Positions 25,531-40,405 of a DNA stretch of 54,702 bases are shown here, piece by piece. The notes beneath the pieces are model-generated. The model had not been told where the DNA came from and did no database searches. It saw nothing but the letters and a program-made list of their open reading frames with translations. The position numbers were made by a program, and so were the translations under genes. Within the stretch, counting starts at the first letter, position 1; the number at the start of each line of letters is the position of its first letter. The stretch is from NCBI GenBank assembly GCA_025201805.1, contig MU619395.1, positions 5,002-59,703 of the forward strand, given 5' to 3'. This DNA is from Parasitella parasitica NRRL 2501. Lineage: Eukaryota > Fungi > Mucoromycota.

Positions 25531-28500
25531 GGAAAAAGCTCCACATTTAATTGAATAAAAGCAATGATATTGATTATCTTCATACGCGCAGTAATTAAAG
25601 CGTCTCGATGATATTAGAGAAGTCTAATAATCTCCTAATCCTTTAAAAATTAACTTTATTTTTAATTACTATTCAGTTAAATATGGAGAAAGTTTTCAGA
25701 TACTAATAATATTGGTAGAAGTCTCTTACCTAACTCTCAATATAAAACTGAATATAGCATGAGATTGAGATAGATACAATCTACCCAATCTCATCCTTAA
25801 AACCGTTACCCTCCCTCAGATCGTCAAAAGTATATAAACTTATATTCTGGATATTTCTTTATCTGATTAATTTTACAATGTTTTTCTATAACTCAAGACC
25901 ACCTAATTTTTACTGGGTGACACACATATAGTTGTTTCCATATACGAAATATGAATATACAATTCACACAATATTTACCCAGACAATCTATACTTTTGAG
26001 CGCGAAAATCAGGCAGAGGGCTACAAGATGAATAAGTAAGCTTGAACCAGGCAACAGAATCAACATATAGACATGTAATGCCAATATGAAGTATGAAAAA
26101 CCCAGATATCGACAAAGGAAGAGGGAGAGAGAGAATACAAAAATCAGTATAACTTTGTCGAGTCAGTTTTCATAATTGAAAGATTACCCGAGAAATTACA
26201 GATGGTATTAAGATTGATTTACATCACAATAAAAGACAGATAAGTTGTTAGTCTATTATTGAACTGATTTGTACTAATACAGAATCAAGATACGGTTATG
26301 TTTACTGTACTAGGTTCATGACTCAAGGGCCCAACTCCAATTTTAATGGGTCCTTACGAATGGCACCAGTATGTAGCATCAGTCCCCTCTCCCTAGCCAC
26401 GCCAGACTATCGCATTAAACATATGACATATATGGAGTGAACCGTACAGGATAAACATCAAGTGGTATACAGCCAACATTATCGAAATCTTTCAATACAT
26501 GTATTAGCAGCACAATCAGCCCACTTGATTCGTTTTACACCTCTTATGTATAGGTATCAAAGTAAGTCAGTTGCTTCAAATCTGGAAATAGATATGGCAG
26601 AGGGCTGAAATATGCATTGAATAAGACTTTTGCATCATGATACTGATTTGGTATAGGCACAAAATGGCTATGATACATATGGCGATAAAGTACAAGAGAC
26701 CACCAGGTATGTTGGAATCATACGGATAAGCGCAGGTATTGTAGGTGCCCAGTGCATAAGCCTGAAGGCATTTATCAAATGTCTATTCAATGTGAGGTGG
26801 AACATTTTGGAAGAAAATGTATTGTATGACGGAATGAAACGACAGAATTCAACACGATTCGTTTCATCTCTCTTGTTTTATCGAATTCTAATGTATGTAA
26901 TGCAATATTATATTATATATTTAATCAAACTGACTGAAAGACAGGGTAGACGTATATACAACCTCATGTAGGCTATTTTTTCTTTTCCACCAACATGCAA
27001 GTTGGGGAAAAGTAAAAGGGGCAGTTGTTTGACTCTATGCAAACAAAGCTGCCGTGCACAGAGGAGGAGATGCAATTCCAAACTATAAAATCGAATGAGC
27101 AATGGAATCGTTGTTTGTCTTGGTATTAGATTTACATGGTTGGAGGCCACATGCTATAATTCTGACAACAATGTAACTATAGGAGAATGTAAAAGTGTAT
27201 CAAACTATACCATTGTCACATGATTTTATGAACAAACAACGCGGTGCATGTGCTCATGTCAAGATATAATTCTGTATGTCGTTTTTTTTCGGTCGATTAA
27301 AGATTCACGTTACATGATGCACTAAGGGTGGTTATATACGCAATTTTATGGAACCCATCATTCACCACCACCACCACCGCCATCAGTATCGTAACTTTTC
27401 CAATCAATATAAGTATACACACTTGTTCTCCTTGATTCTCATTTCAATCCTGACTTGTATAACAAATGATCAAACATGCATACAGTAACGAACAAGAAAA
27501 AGCCTCGATTAGCAGTTTTGTGATTCGATTACGATTGAATGATCTGCATTGGCCAGTTTGTTATGATATAAGAAGGATGTACGTGAATGAAAAAGGCAAT
27601 CAGAGGCATATGTTTGAATTCAATACAAATATAAAGGTATATAGCGTCCATAAAACGGACTTTAAGCTTACAACATGTCAATATAGCTGACAACTGATAG
27701 CGACAAATTGCTGTCTTGAGCCATATGATTGAACAAGAAGAAAACAGGGAATATTTATAAAAAAACTTTTAGTGTGGTCTGCTGCTGCTTGCTTCTGCTT
27801 CATGCTTCTCTTTTTACAGTCTATTTGATTTAACCCTATGATATACAATGGCACCTGACTAAGGTCATCATGAGACACATCTATAAACAAAAGGGCATAT
27901 ATTCTCTAGATGTATTAGTAAGATATGTACAATGTATGTATATTATATGTAATGTGGAGGCAGATAGCCTTCTATATTTAAACGGCAAGTCAATAGAGGA
28001 ATCATAGGTATTGGGGGAGGGGGATAGCGTATTTTCCAGCCCGTGCAGCCTACATAAACGTAAAAAAAGAGAAGAGTATCACAGACTTGCCAGTGTATGC
28101 TGTTTGTTTATTTGATATAGATAAACGCAGCTTTTATCCGAGAATGGCGATGACAGCAATAAGATGAAACAGCAATGTTAACTCAAAGTTTCGTTGTACA
28201 AGTTTGGAGTTGTCTATCATGGGATAACTGAAAAGGCTGATTGTTGTATGATAAAATAGAGACATTTGAGACCATCTGTTTCCAAAAGGTACCATATATG
28301 CAATACTAAGTATGCTGTCTTTGTTATAATAGCATAGATTCAAAGCGATCTTCTTGGTTTAATACTAATTCTTCTCGTTCCATTTGGTGCCAACGTCCCT
28401 TCCTCCCCCCCCCCCCTCTTTCCTTTGCCTCTCTTTTTGACTCTGTGTCTCACTATCCCACTCCACTTTACCCCCCACCCCCAAATGGAATCGACGGCTG

Positions 28501-28778
28501 ATGCAGGATGGAAAAACATGTCGTCGAAATAAGAATCATGTCCCAAATTTTGATATGGGAAATTCCCTTTAATTTAACCAAACCAAGGAAGAGTTTATAA
28601 ACAAAGAGTAAATCCTTGGTAAAAATAGAGACAAATGACCCCCACACAAACAGTTCTTCATTGGGCCGTGCTTCTTTCCAAGGGGGAAGTGGGGGATTGT
28701 CCATTCACTATAAATACTAGCATCTATTTCCTCTTACTTTTGTATACATCTTCCATACACCTTTTCGTATCTTTTATA

Positions 28779-29726
28779 ATGCAATCTTCAATTACATCGA
28801 CTGTTAGAAATAACCGTATATTGTCAACATCTAGTAATAGCAACAGTAATAGCGCAAACAATAGCCCTGGAAAGCTCATGTCAATTTCATCTATTATTGC
28901 TGCTTCTCCCTCCATGTATTCCTCGCCTTCCTCGACAACACACAAACTATATCACAAGGAAGTAATGGAACGCAGAGCATCTGCCCCAAGTCATCCGTAC
29001 CACCATCCTCAACGATACCCATCTGCTTTTTTCCGTTCTCCACCTACGTCGCCTGAAAACAAGCTGTTTGAATCTTCTGTGCCCTCATCTCCTCCTTCAT
29101 CTGTTTCATCTTTATCTTCACCAAACAGAGAAACTTATCATCAGCATCAGTATCAGCATCAGCAACAACAAAGACGCATCAATAGTCTCATGTTGGATGA
29201 TGACGAGGATGACGGCATGATGGACGATCAAGACCCATCTCAACCGCCACTCACATTGCAAGAGCGTCGATTAAGGAACAAAGCAGCATCAGCCAAATAT
29301 CGACAAAAGAAGAACCAACAGCAAAACGAAATGAGAATAATGATTGGCCGTTTATCTGAACAGAATGCTGTGTTGGAGCGTCAACTGCAAGAACTAAGAC
29401 ATGAAAACGAAAGACTGAAAGCAACCACTGACAGACTAAGAGGTAAAATGGTCGCCAAGAAGATGCTCAAGAAATGGATCGGTAGACAATCTTCCACTGC
29501 AGCTAATCATAGCCACAATGACAACACAAATGGCGCCTCTGATGTTGGCAAACATCATCAACAGCAACCCCATTGTCCAACTGATAATCATGTCAATTTC
29601 AACTACTCTGCATTATCCCTTAGTAGTAATAATAGTGAGCATGAAGACGGGATCAATGCAGTTGTTGCCACAATTTCCAGTGATCAAGATGAAGATGATG
29701 AGCTTGAAAGCATGAGTTCAGAGTAA
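28779..29726 (+). CDS. bZIP transcription factor
   Basis: Basic region ERRLRNKAASAKYRQKK followed by a leucine heptad (LSEQNAVLERQLQELRHENERL). Start placed at ATG 28779, downstream of TATAAATA near 28709. Confidence 0.9.
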   Translation: MQSSITSTVRNNRILSTSSNSNSNSANNSPGKLMSISSIIAASPSMYSSPSSTTHKLYHKEVMERRASAPSHPYHHPQRYPSAFFRSPPTSPENKLFESSVPSSPPSSVSSLSSPNRETYHQHQYQHQQQQRRINSLMLDDDEDDGMMDDQDPSQPPLTLQERRLRNKAASAKYRQKKNQQQNEMRIMIGRLSEQNAVLERQLQELRHENERLKATTDRLRGKMVAKKMLKKWIGRQSSTAANHSHNDNTNGASDVGKHHQQQPHCPTDNHVNFNYSALSLSSNNSEHEDGINAVVATISSDQDEDDELESMSSE

Positions 29727-29846
29727 TAGCGAACAACTCCCATTTACATACATACATTTCCATATACATTTAAGCATTTTTTTCCAAATACACGTGTACA
29801 CTACTCCTTACTATTCTATCACCACTCTTACTACTACAATTACAGC

Positions 29847-30021
29847 NNNNNNNNNNNNNNNNNNNNNNNNNNNNNNNNNNNNNNNNNNNNNNNNNNNNNN
29901 NNNNNNNNNNNNNNNNNNNNNNNNNNNNNNNNNNNNNNNNNNNNNNNNNNNNNNNNNNNNNNNNNNNNNNNNNNNNNNNNNNNNNNNNNNNNNNNNNNNN
30001 NNNNNNNNNNNNNNNNNNNNN
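29847..30021. other. Assembly gap (N run) followed by an A-rich tract
   Basis: 175 Ns, then a poly-A/A-rich run to ~30064. Confidence 0.99.
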
Positions 30022-30065
30022 AAAAAAAAAAAAAAAAAAAAAAAAGAAAAAGAAAAAGAAAAAAG

Positions 30066-33000
30066 CTAGTAGAGTCCCACTTCGGTGCCTGCAGCCTGCA
30101 GACATTCTTTAATCAGGCCAACGACTATATCATCTTGGCATGTAATCATACTACACAGGGAAGGATACAAATAAAATAAATGCGCTCTTGGTCCAGACAA
30201 AAGCATTTGTTTCACAGTGTCTAGTAAAACAAATAGATACATCAGATGAGGTTATATCTTTTTTTTAGAGCTAAAATTGCAAAACTTACTATGATCATCA
30301 TCATTGATTGTCATGATGTTTTCTTGTAATTGCAACTGAATCGACTGTTTTAAAAGAAACAGCATCTCCTCTTTACGCACTCTATTATAAGAAACAGTTA
30401 GCATACCGCTTTAACACCCCACCTGGATTTTTCCCCTATAGGCTTATATATATACTTATGTAAACATATATATAAACAAAAAAGCAAGTTCTCTTCTCAC
30501 CCCATCAAGTACCTTGGGAACGGGCATCTTCCTAGTAAAGGTTCATCTGCAGTATAATTTCGAAGAATGGTCTCACATCTTTCAAGTAACACAGGAATCA
30601 CTACTTGAGCAATTCTCTTGCGAACCTCAGGATTATCTATAAACGATGCATCCGAAATGAGTAATGTTTCATGTTATCGCGTTACTTTGTTTACCTTGCT
30701 TTTTAGACGAACATAAAGAGAATAGCGTCATAAATGACGCATAGGCGAATGATTCCTTCATGACAGGCACGATTGTACCTGTTGTACCTACGATATCGCT
30801 TGATCTGTCGTTGACATTCTCAACATAATACAACCGAGAGCTTTCCCGAATTACTGAGATCAGTTTTTCAATCATTTCGATGGGGACTCTAGGCTGTCCC
30901 ATATGAACTACAATATCGTTTTGAATCACACTAAGCACAGAAATATCGAAATGCTCATCGACATCCAATTCTTCAATCTTCATGCTTTCAGGAGGCGAGC
31001 TAGGCGACAAAAGACTTCCTTCTAATATATCTACAAGTGTGCGCCAAACGCCACAGAATCTGTCGGTGGATACATCTTGATTTGATCGATTGCGTTTAGA
31101 ACACAATTATCCATTACGTAATGTTTATGCTTACCTTGGCCGAGTGCTTCCAATGTTTCTAATCCAGGCTTTAGCACCTCTAACAGGCCGGTTGTAGCTA
31201 ATTTCCACAAGGGTGCCTTATCATCACTATGCTTGAAGGAAGGAGGGCAATCGTATTTCAGCTTCATTGGCAAACCGTAGGCGCCAATCATGCGTTCAAA
31301 TACGCCCTCTGTATACAGCGACACAGTATTGATATGCGCTTTAAATAGATTTGCGACAAGCGTATTACACTTCTTATTCAATGCAATGTATGTTACTGTA
31401 GAAAACTTGCGTTGACTAGGCGGAATGTAGCCACGATTCTTATTCTGACCGTCTTCAGGAGGGCTAAGAAATGCAAGTGTCATATATTCAGCTAGATCTG
31501 CTAGTACTAAAGGAGGCACTCCGTCTGTATTCATATCCAATGTCTGTACTGCGTCTAACACTGCTTCCTGCAAGGGTGAGACGTGATCTACGTCTGGTCT
31601 GTATTGAGGACTGGTAGAGTACACGAGTACATTACGCAATACGCTCAACAATGCGCTGACATCTTCTAGTGCGAAATTGTGTGAGATTAGCTTGTACAGA
31701 TCTGTAAACAATGTGACAAATGCTGTCAAGGTATCTTGAGTAAAGTCGTCAGAGATGGATGCCACGCTTGACGACGATAAAGAAAGTGTTAGCGATTGAA
31801 GTTGGGCTTCATCTCCTGCAAGCCAGCCTTTGTCGCTGCCAAAAGTTGTTTCTTCCTTTTCTCCCTCCATCGATTGACCAATGCCTTTGCCAATAACTTG
31901 CCACGTATTCCATGCTCTACGCCACAGATCTATCAATTTTGCAGATTCTTTGAACTCTGGATTAATGGTGACGATTGTCTTGAAGCTTTTGATGCTGGCC
32001 AATGAAACCTCTTGGCTTGATCGAAGACAAGAATCCTCTAAATGTGCCAACAACAAAGTAAACGCACGCTCAAAGTGCTCCGATCCATACAAATCTTGCA
32101 AAAAGTCTTGGAAAATGCTTGAAATACCAGTTAAAATCAGCACTTTAGTTTCGTCCCACTGCTTATCGGCTGTATCTCTTGAATGGTGAAGCATGAATCC
32201 AGAGGAATCACGGTCATTGGCAGAGGGCGATGATGCTTTGCTGAGAGATATTTTTGAAGCACGAATAGAAGACATCTTGATCGAGTCCAGCAAGGGAAAT
32301 AAGACTTCCCAAATACAGGCATTCCAAAGGTATGGACCCAAAACATGCCCGTTCATAGTAATTGTTCTGAACAAGGTCTGGTTTGCACCGTTACGCACCT
32401 CAGGACGCCAATCAATACAGGTGTGGGATAATTGCAGCAGCAGTAACATCCACAGGGTGCTATAAGTCTTGGGATTGCTGTCGTCTTTGTCGCTTAGCGC
32501 TAGATCAATGTTCATACTCTCTTTATCGATTCTTTCCTCTTGGTTTGTGCTCTCTTTCCCGAGATCAATGCGTCTGGTCTGAATAAAATCAGACAAGTTC
32601 CATAATAATCCAACTGCTGTTAAGCTAATGTTTAAATCATCGCTTTGCATTCCAAACGATCCCAACGTAGCGATACATTGACGCAGACAATCAGGAGAAA
32701 GTAGCGACAGGAAATCAGTGCAAATCAACTGAAGACTAGAGAATGCAACCTTGATCAAGCCAGTAGCTGATTTGGGCCCTGCAGCAGCCATGATGCTGCT
32801 ATTCATGATGGAAGATGCGGTGGTGTCAATACTTGTTCTTTCGCTGGTTTTGATTTCAGGACTAGTAATAGGCGTAGGTTGGTCTCCTCTCACTGTAGAC
32901 TCGTCGTCGTCATTGTTCTGATAGCCTATATCTAGAGCTGCTGCAGAAGGTGGTCCAATGGCACAGACAGCAACATGTCGCAACATGTCCAGTATAAGGC

Positions 33001-36000
33001 CCCATCCACAGGTGAAAGAGTGACCAGATGTTTGTAACAGGTTATTTAGCGTTTCTAATCCCATTTTTTGCACCTCGCTAAATGCTTTTGGGTTGTTGGC
33101 TAAAGTCTCTTGAATCAACGCTTCTTCGTTTGCTGGTGGCGTGTAGTTGATGCACTGGTTTAATGCCAACAAGAGTCGAGTCTGCGTACTTTCGTTGACC
33201 TTGCTATATTCTGAGAGAACATGCTCCATAGCAAACGTGATGATGGTAGATATAGTCTCGCAACACTGTGTGCGAATAGGTGCAGGAGTCAAGGGATAAT
33301 TGGCAGTGGCAATCAAATGTGTCATCATGATCTCCCATATTTTAGAAGACGATTCTTTCTGTGTGTTGATAAGCCGATCCATGTCCAACGTTGCTATGTA
33401 TTCTAATTTGTCTATGGCAAATGATCGTGTGTTGAAGATTTTCTGGCGAATGAATAGGGAATTAGTTGCTTATTACTATGCATAGCAGCATTTGTAGACT
33501 TACCGCTTTTGAGGCTTTGTTGTTGGTCGGTAATGATGATGCATAGTCAATGAATGGAGTGCCAGTGACTTCAGAGCTCATGCGACACAATGCCGAAGAA
33601 AACGCAATAAAGGAATCATCGTCCAAATATTTGCTATTTTCAAACAACCTTTGGAAAGACGCACTGATGATAGTGAGATGATCTGCGTCCATCATTTGGC
33701 TGTTGATTTGTTGAGCATGCATATTGGCAGATGAGTTTGATGGTCCAGAGAGGGTTCTTCTCAGATTATTCGGGATAGGAGTGCCGCTATTCATGCCTCC
33801 AGCGGATCCACCGCCGCCACCAGCTCCTCCTCCTCCTCCTCCGACAGATGATGTCCCTTTGGGTGTAGGTCGATTAAATAGCAAGAAATCAGCTAACTGC
33901 AATGTCTCCAATACTAGATACCACGAGGATCCCAGAACACTGCTCAGAAACATGGTAATATTCAAAAGCACGCGCAAGCTATATAGGTTTTTGTCGTTCA
34001 ATGTGATATTCGCCAATGCCTGTTGCTGATGTATGGGGAGGTCTGCGAAAGCCACAGCTGCCTGGTTTACTGACGCCACAGCTGACGATACTGTTCCGCC
34101 GCTTGTGTTGCTTGTGGTGTAGTTCATTTTTGAGCCTGCATTGCCTGGTGTTGAAGAAATGAATCCAGATGATAGTAGGGGAATAATAGGAATCGAGTTT
34201 TTGCATAAATTGGTCAAGAATGCGTCGCGAGGGGTAACAAGATCAAGCACACCGCACACGTTTGTGAAATTCTGGTATGATCGCATTGTACACTGGAATA
34301 GCTCCTCGTCAAGATTAGCGGTGAGATAGAACGACATGGCAGCTAATAACCCCGGCCAAGCAACATTAGCCATGTCGGTCACCACTTTGGCATCTTTGCT
34401 TTCCTTTTCTGCTTGTTGCTTTTTGTTAACAGAGCCGGGCGAAAACCCAGATAATGCAGATCCTGCTAATCCATCAGCGATTGAATTGAGGCATATTAAT
34501 GCGAGATAGAAAATGTAAGTTTCTGGTATAACTGGAGGGTCCGCTTTGTCCAATTGATCGATGCATTGGATGCGCATTGTCGAGTTGGATGAGCTCAGAC
34601 TGTTGTCCAATCCACTCGATGCAAACGAGCTTTGGGTAGAGTAATGCGTAGCGCCAGATCCACTGCCACCGCCTCCACCGCCGCCTCCTGCTCCTCCACT
34701 GTAGTCAAGACTATCTCTTCCTCCTTGGTTAGCTCCAATCGACTGGGGCTTTTCTGTAGCTAATCTTCCAAATCCCGTAATCATATCACGAAAGACATTA
34801 GTGGAGCTGTTATTCTGTCCATCATACCATTTGTAAATGGAGCTAGTCAAATGAGCATCACTGCAAACTCCTCTGAAAATCTCCATAGTCAGCACTCGAA
34901 GCCATAATGGATTCTCGGGCTCCAGAATTTTGACAAACATGGACAAAAATATCTCGCACTCCATAATCAAAACTTCATTGAATTTCTTGATCAGAATAGA
35001 AACCACTCGAGTTAGACGCATAGTCTGTGGAAATTCACTCTTTTCCGAAAAGTTTTTGATAAACATTGGGCAGACGAGTTCTTTGAGAATAGAGCTCAAT
35101 TCATTGTGCTGTACAAACCATTTTTAAAAGAAATACATTAGTTGTGCAATAGACACGGGAAACTCCACATTTTTACCTCTCGGAAAAGCTTGTAGTGGTT
35201 TGATAGCACACTCTCAATCAGTTCTAGTCCAAAGGTCTTTGACAGATGATTCAATCGAAGGTATTGCGGGTGGTCTCCATTAGTCAATAGACAAAGATCT
35301 CTGAATAGGAAATAGGCGTCCTTTGCACAAGGCCGTAACTTGATCTTTTCTCCCGTGCTGATTTCTACCTCTGCTGTAGTCTCTGTTGTTGGCTGGTTGT
35401 CTTCCTTGGCCACCTTGTCAAAAACAAATATGACTAATTGACGTAACGTTGCTGCTGCTGTGTTATTGACAACAACAATTTTTGAGTCTTGTAAGCGAAA
35501 ACATATCAAAAGAGCCTAAATATGGGATTGATCTTAGCCTCGCATCGTCCTTAATAGAGTCATAGCATTACCTCTGCCAAGATATCGTCATGAACACTTC
35601 TATAGTTGTTGAGCAAAGGCAATACAGTCTGTAATATCTTTAGCTGAATTTCAACACCATGGACACTGATATCAGTCAATGTCCTCAAGACAGTTCTAAC
35701 AGAAGTCTGTAGATAGTTTCTGTTAGCAGTATACTTCTTTCTTTTTTCATTGTTTCATAGCTGTCAACGCACCTCTGGGATAGCGTGAAAAGATATCAAT
35801 TTTTGTATGCATCCAATGGCGATAGCTACAAGCTTCACTTGCTTTGTTTCACAAGCTAATACAAAAGGACGTAGAGCATCTTCTGTCTTTGACAGTTCTA
35901 AATATGCTTGATAAGCATGCTTGAACGCTCGTGTCCTTATGCAACCTACCATTCGCTATACTATAGCCAGGCCTCTCCTTGAAACTTCGTAAAATGACGC

Positions 36001-36156
36001 TTAGACGTTCAGCTGCCTATGGCCTACATAGTTAGCAACCTATTGTCCAACTTTTTTTTATTGACAACAAACCTCTTTGATTTCGGGGTGCTTCCTCCTC
36101 GCTTCACTAGATAATGTCAGCAGTTCAGTCTGCAAAAATGCTGTGAGTCCACTCAT
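30066..36156 (-). CDS. MON2: MON2 (Sec7-related endosomal/Golgi trafficking protein), multi-exon
   Basis: N-terminus MSGLTAFLQTELLTLSSEARRKHPEIKE. Motifs TAAATLRQLV, KTFGLELIESVL, CIDQLDKADPP, PRDAFLTNLCK, LQLICTDFL, DLNISLTAVGLLW, RPEVRNGANQTLF, HHSRDTADKQWDET. Confidence 0.95.
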
Positions 36157-38853
36157 GACATAAACTAAGTGTTATTTTGTTATGTGGTATATATATATTT
36201 ATCTATATATTAGGGTTATTGTCTATGTTTGGATTTCTGTATCGTAATATGTCTATATCCAGTTTTCGTGTTATGTAGGAAAACAAGAGAGAAAAGAGAA
36301 GAAGAGTAGCGGTTTTGGGTTTTCTTGAATGAGATAAATAGGGCGCATACAACTGCACCCACGTCCAATGAGATTGTTACTCATGGCTGTTTAACTCCAA
36401 ACTTATTTAGGAGGAAAAAGCGAGTTTAATCTTATCATGGCTATTCATATACACCGTATATCTGTAAAGGTGCTTGCATAACGCGTAATGGTAATGGGGC
36501 AACTGTTTATGCTGGGCATTGAAATCACTGTTTGGATCCTTTGGATTTCTTTCACAAAAAGCTTGTTTTATGGGTCAACATGTTACATGACTTCTAGAAA
36601 AAGGTATTTCAAACGCCTGGCGATTGCTGTTTGGTGTCTTGGGTTTTCAACAAGTTCAACTAACATAAAATCCATAATTTTATATATTTACAATATTCTT
36701 TCAGTGATTTTTGAGGAGCATAATATATTTGAAATGTTGTCTTCTAAACTTTTGATATTCGTTATTCTCCTTTTTACAACTTTTCTCTGATGATTCCTCA
36801 AGGTTTTGTTTGTTGAGTCCTTGGCTGAACAGCCCCACACAACTCTTAGGTCATTGTATTCTACATCATGAATATGCTAAACAAATCCCAATATCAAAGG
36901 TGACACATTAAATTGGGCCATAATTATAAGTCATTTCAATATTCGCAGATAATTATGAAGCCCTCATCAACGTGGCTTGGTAATACAGCAATGCATTGAA
37001 TAACCTTTGATAACCACCATTCTTTGGAGCAAAAAGAGACATTTAAACTGGACATTATTGATGCATAAGATGATTACCTAACGACCGGAAACTAAGATAG
37101 ATAGGCTGCCCGTAAATCACAAAGAAATAACAGTGAGTAATTGTCCCTAAATATTAAGATATGGCTGCTCGAGCAATATTCAATCAACATCAAAAAAAAA
37201 AAGAACCGTGAACTGGTTTTGATGCTCAGAATGAAAACCAAGCGAAAGCTTGATATATCAGCAAAACGAAACTGACCTTGTATTATACATACGGTGGACA
37301 TTGACTCATTTTTAGCGAAAATTATACAATTAAGTCGAAAATGAACGTAATATTATGTGTTTGTTGCACCAAATCATGCTTATTTTTCTTTATTAAACTT
37401 GCTCTTTTATTATACAACTTGATAGTCACTAAAAATTACCAAGTACTTTGATTAATTTACTTGGTATGGTTCATTAGTAATTTTTGGAGAAAATGTTGAA
37501 AAACAATCAATTTGTTTCCAAAATGTGAATTCAAGAGCATTATGGGATGGGAAAAAGTGCAGCTTTTGTGTTTAACCTCCGCTAAGCACTGTAAAAAGGT
37601 GATCCCAACTTTCATTAAGAACAATTGCTCATTTCAGTAAGACACAGTGGTTAACAATGATAATTACTTTTACTACAAAATTTCTTGTTGCTGAGAGCAA
37701 CGCAACAGATAGAATATATGTAATAAGTACACAAAATATGTTCAAATAATACTGTAAATACTTGATAATTTAGAATATTTCACCCTTTGCATGGAATTTA
37801 GAGCTCACAGTCTCAAAGCAGATTTGATTTTGGTAAGAATCGACTGTATTAACGAACATATAAAACGTAAAAGATACTAGCCCTTTAATAATGCTTCCTT
37901 ATCGCTGGAAAGCAGTATAAATTTAGCAAATGCTCAGATTTACCACGCATCATTTGAATGTCTAAACAACTGCTGCTGGATGATATCATTTGTGGAACAG
38001 TCATGATGTTTCAGTTTAATTATACTTTTGAGTTAGTGATTAATGATACAGACGTACATATCATACGAGGTGACCAAAATTCTACCACAAAATGCCATAA
38101 ACACTATATATGAATATGCTCTTTGATCTATTTTTTGCACTTTGTCATTACAAGAATCCGTAAGCTTTTTTTAATGTGTTCCTACTCATATTCGAGCCTT
38201 AATTTCACATGCTTAAGGTAATATAGTCTGTCGCTTGGTAATGTCTACGCGAATCATCGCCTGTCATGGGGATTTGAGATCATGCTCCTGCTATACAACT
38301 GTAAATGTGCTACATATACTCTGTACCAACTTGATTTATTATGTGCATGCTATTGTGATTCTTCATCCATATACAAAACATACGGTATTCACCACGTACA
38401 CCACCATACTGTGAACCCCATAATAAATAGTGTAGAGACAACTAGTAAAATCATGCATACACGTGTCACTGTATAAACTGACATGTGAACAAACAACGTA
38501 GATATATGGACAAGTAAGTGTACTTCGCTTAGACCTATGATTCCCGATATGGAAAATTGTACCTGGTTCCTGATGTTGTGTGGAGTGGATCAGATACACG
38601 CATCATACCAATGGACAAAAAATAAAAAAAGAAAAAAAGAAAAAAAAAGAAAAAAAGAAAAAACAATTAGTATACACAATACGTTTTATGTCGTGTCATG
38701 CACATATAGGATGTATAAGTAATATCAGCAAAAGCGTGGCGACATGGAAAAAAAAAAAATGGACACGCTACTAAGCTGTCTGTGCCATATAAATAATCTG
38801 TAAAGCTCATTCACCTTTTTGTCATCACTTTTCTCTCTCTGTTAAAAGTCCAA

Positions 38854-40405
38854 ATGACTAGTTTAAATGTACAGAAAAATGCACCAGTTGCAGAAACCTT
38901 TTATGGTTACATAGAGACAACTCGAGATTCACTTTTACTATTCGAGGCCTGCAAAAGAGGATTGCTACCTCGCATTACTAGAAGGTTACAGGATAAAGAG
39001 CGAATTTTGATCAGGAGCGGGACGATATTCTGCTTTGATGAGCGCGAAAGTGGAATTAAGCGATGGACAGACGGACTTATGTGGAGTCCATCCAGGATTC
39101 TTGGCAATTTCCTCATCTACCGCGAACTGCAAGATAAAAACTTGACTCATTCAAACTTGAATGCAAGTTCAGTAAGCAAGCAAGCTGCAAATAATAACGG
39201 AGGCTATCTCGTTGCACCAGATCTACTACGTCGCCAGCAAGAAAAAGCACTTGTAGGATCTCTCAAAACATCGTTTAAGTTCAAGCGAAATGGACTAATC
39301 AAGAAATCCATGTCATTAGTTGTCGATGGCGTACAACAACATATCATTAGCTATTACAATAAAGAAGATGTGCTGACCAACAGACTCAGAACGCCCTCAA
39401 GCTTGATAGAATTGTCGTCATTAGAAGTGTCGCCGGGTTTACGCTTGCGGCAGAATTTTCGAATTCCTGCTTCTCAGGGGCATCCTGCTCAGGATTCGTC
39501 GACAGCAGATGACAATGGGTAAGTTTTTTGTTATCGTTTTGTGCAACTAAATGATTCAAATTTTTATATTTGTTATATTAAGGATGAAGCAAGTTACACA
39601 AATGAGTACCAATAAGCGAAAATACTCAGACTATAAAAGCTCCTCGCCTACATCATATGCATCATCAAATTCAAGTGGCTCTAGCGTAAATAGCGAATCG
39701 CAATGCTATACATTGCAAAAAGAAGCGGGAACGCTTCTTTCGTCAAATAAAATGATATGTCCCGTTCCAAGCAGTAAAAAGAGCAAGAGAAACGAGAGCT
39801 TATATCCCTCATTCCCGGTGGTAAATCATGCTTCTACTGGAAATGTCTCTTATCCTGCATTGGAATCTAGTGTTTATCAACCTCCACTGACTCCGCAAGA
39901 CACTCTAGCTGATTTAATGTTTGTTCAGTGCAAAACAAAACCTATCACCACCAAATTTCACTGCGTACAGCAAGCCAACGAGATAATGTCTTCTAATAAT
40001 ATTAATACTGCATCCAGACCAGATAAATACCCAGCAAGCATCATTTCCCCGTCGTCTAGCCACGATGGCGGCAACATGTATATAGAAAAGAAAAATAGCA
40101 ACAGAAAGCACATTTCTTCCCCAACCGATACAGCCACAATGAACAGCAGCACCGCTGATTACAGTTTCACAAGTAGCAAAATGGGTATGATTGCGTCTGG
40201 AACCTATTATGCACCTTTCAGAACAGACGACTATTATGAAGGACAGAATCCACATCAACATTTGTTTTCGTCCTCTTCATTCCATACCGTCAATCATGCT
40301 TCAATTATACCGAATAGGAGTACAGATATAACTGCAAATGCTTTTATGGAAGATATCAGTGTTTTACTGGGTACCGGTTGGAATGAATTTGAATTGCAAA
40401 TGTAG
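38854..40405 (+). CDS. Gti1/Pac2 (WOPR-domain) transcription factor, 2 exons (intron 39519-39582)
   Basis: TFYGYIETTRDSLLLFEAC...IRSGTIFCFDERESGIKRWTDGLMWSPSRILGNFLIYRE and FKRNGLIKKSMS...HIISYY are the two WOPR subdomains. Confidence 0.95.

Noticed and set aside
28635-28778. N-terminal extension of the bZIP ORF
   Set aside because: It spans a TATA box and a pyrimidine-rich leader; ATG 28779 is the more plausible start.
29770-30105. ORFs spanning the N gap; A-run as a retroposon tail
   Set aside because: The ORFs are artefacts of Ns, and no TSD can be evaluated because the other side is unsequenced.
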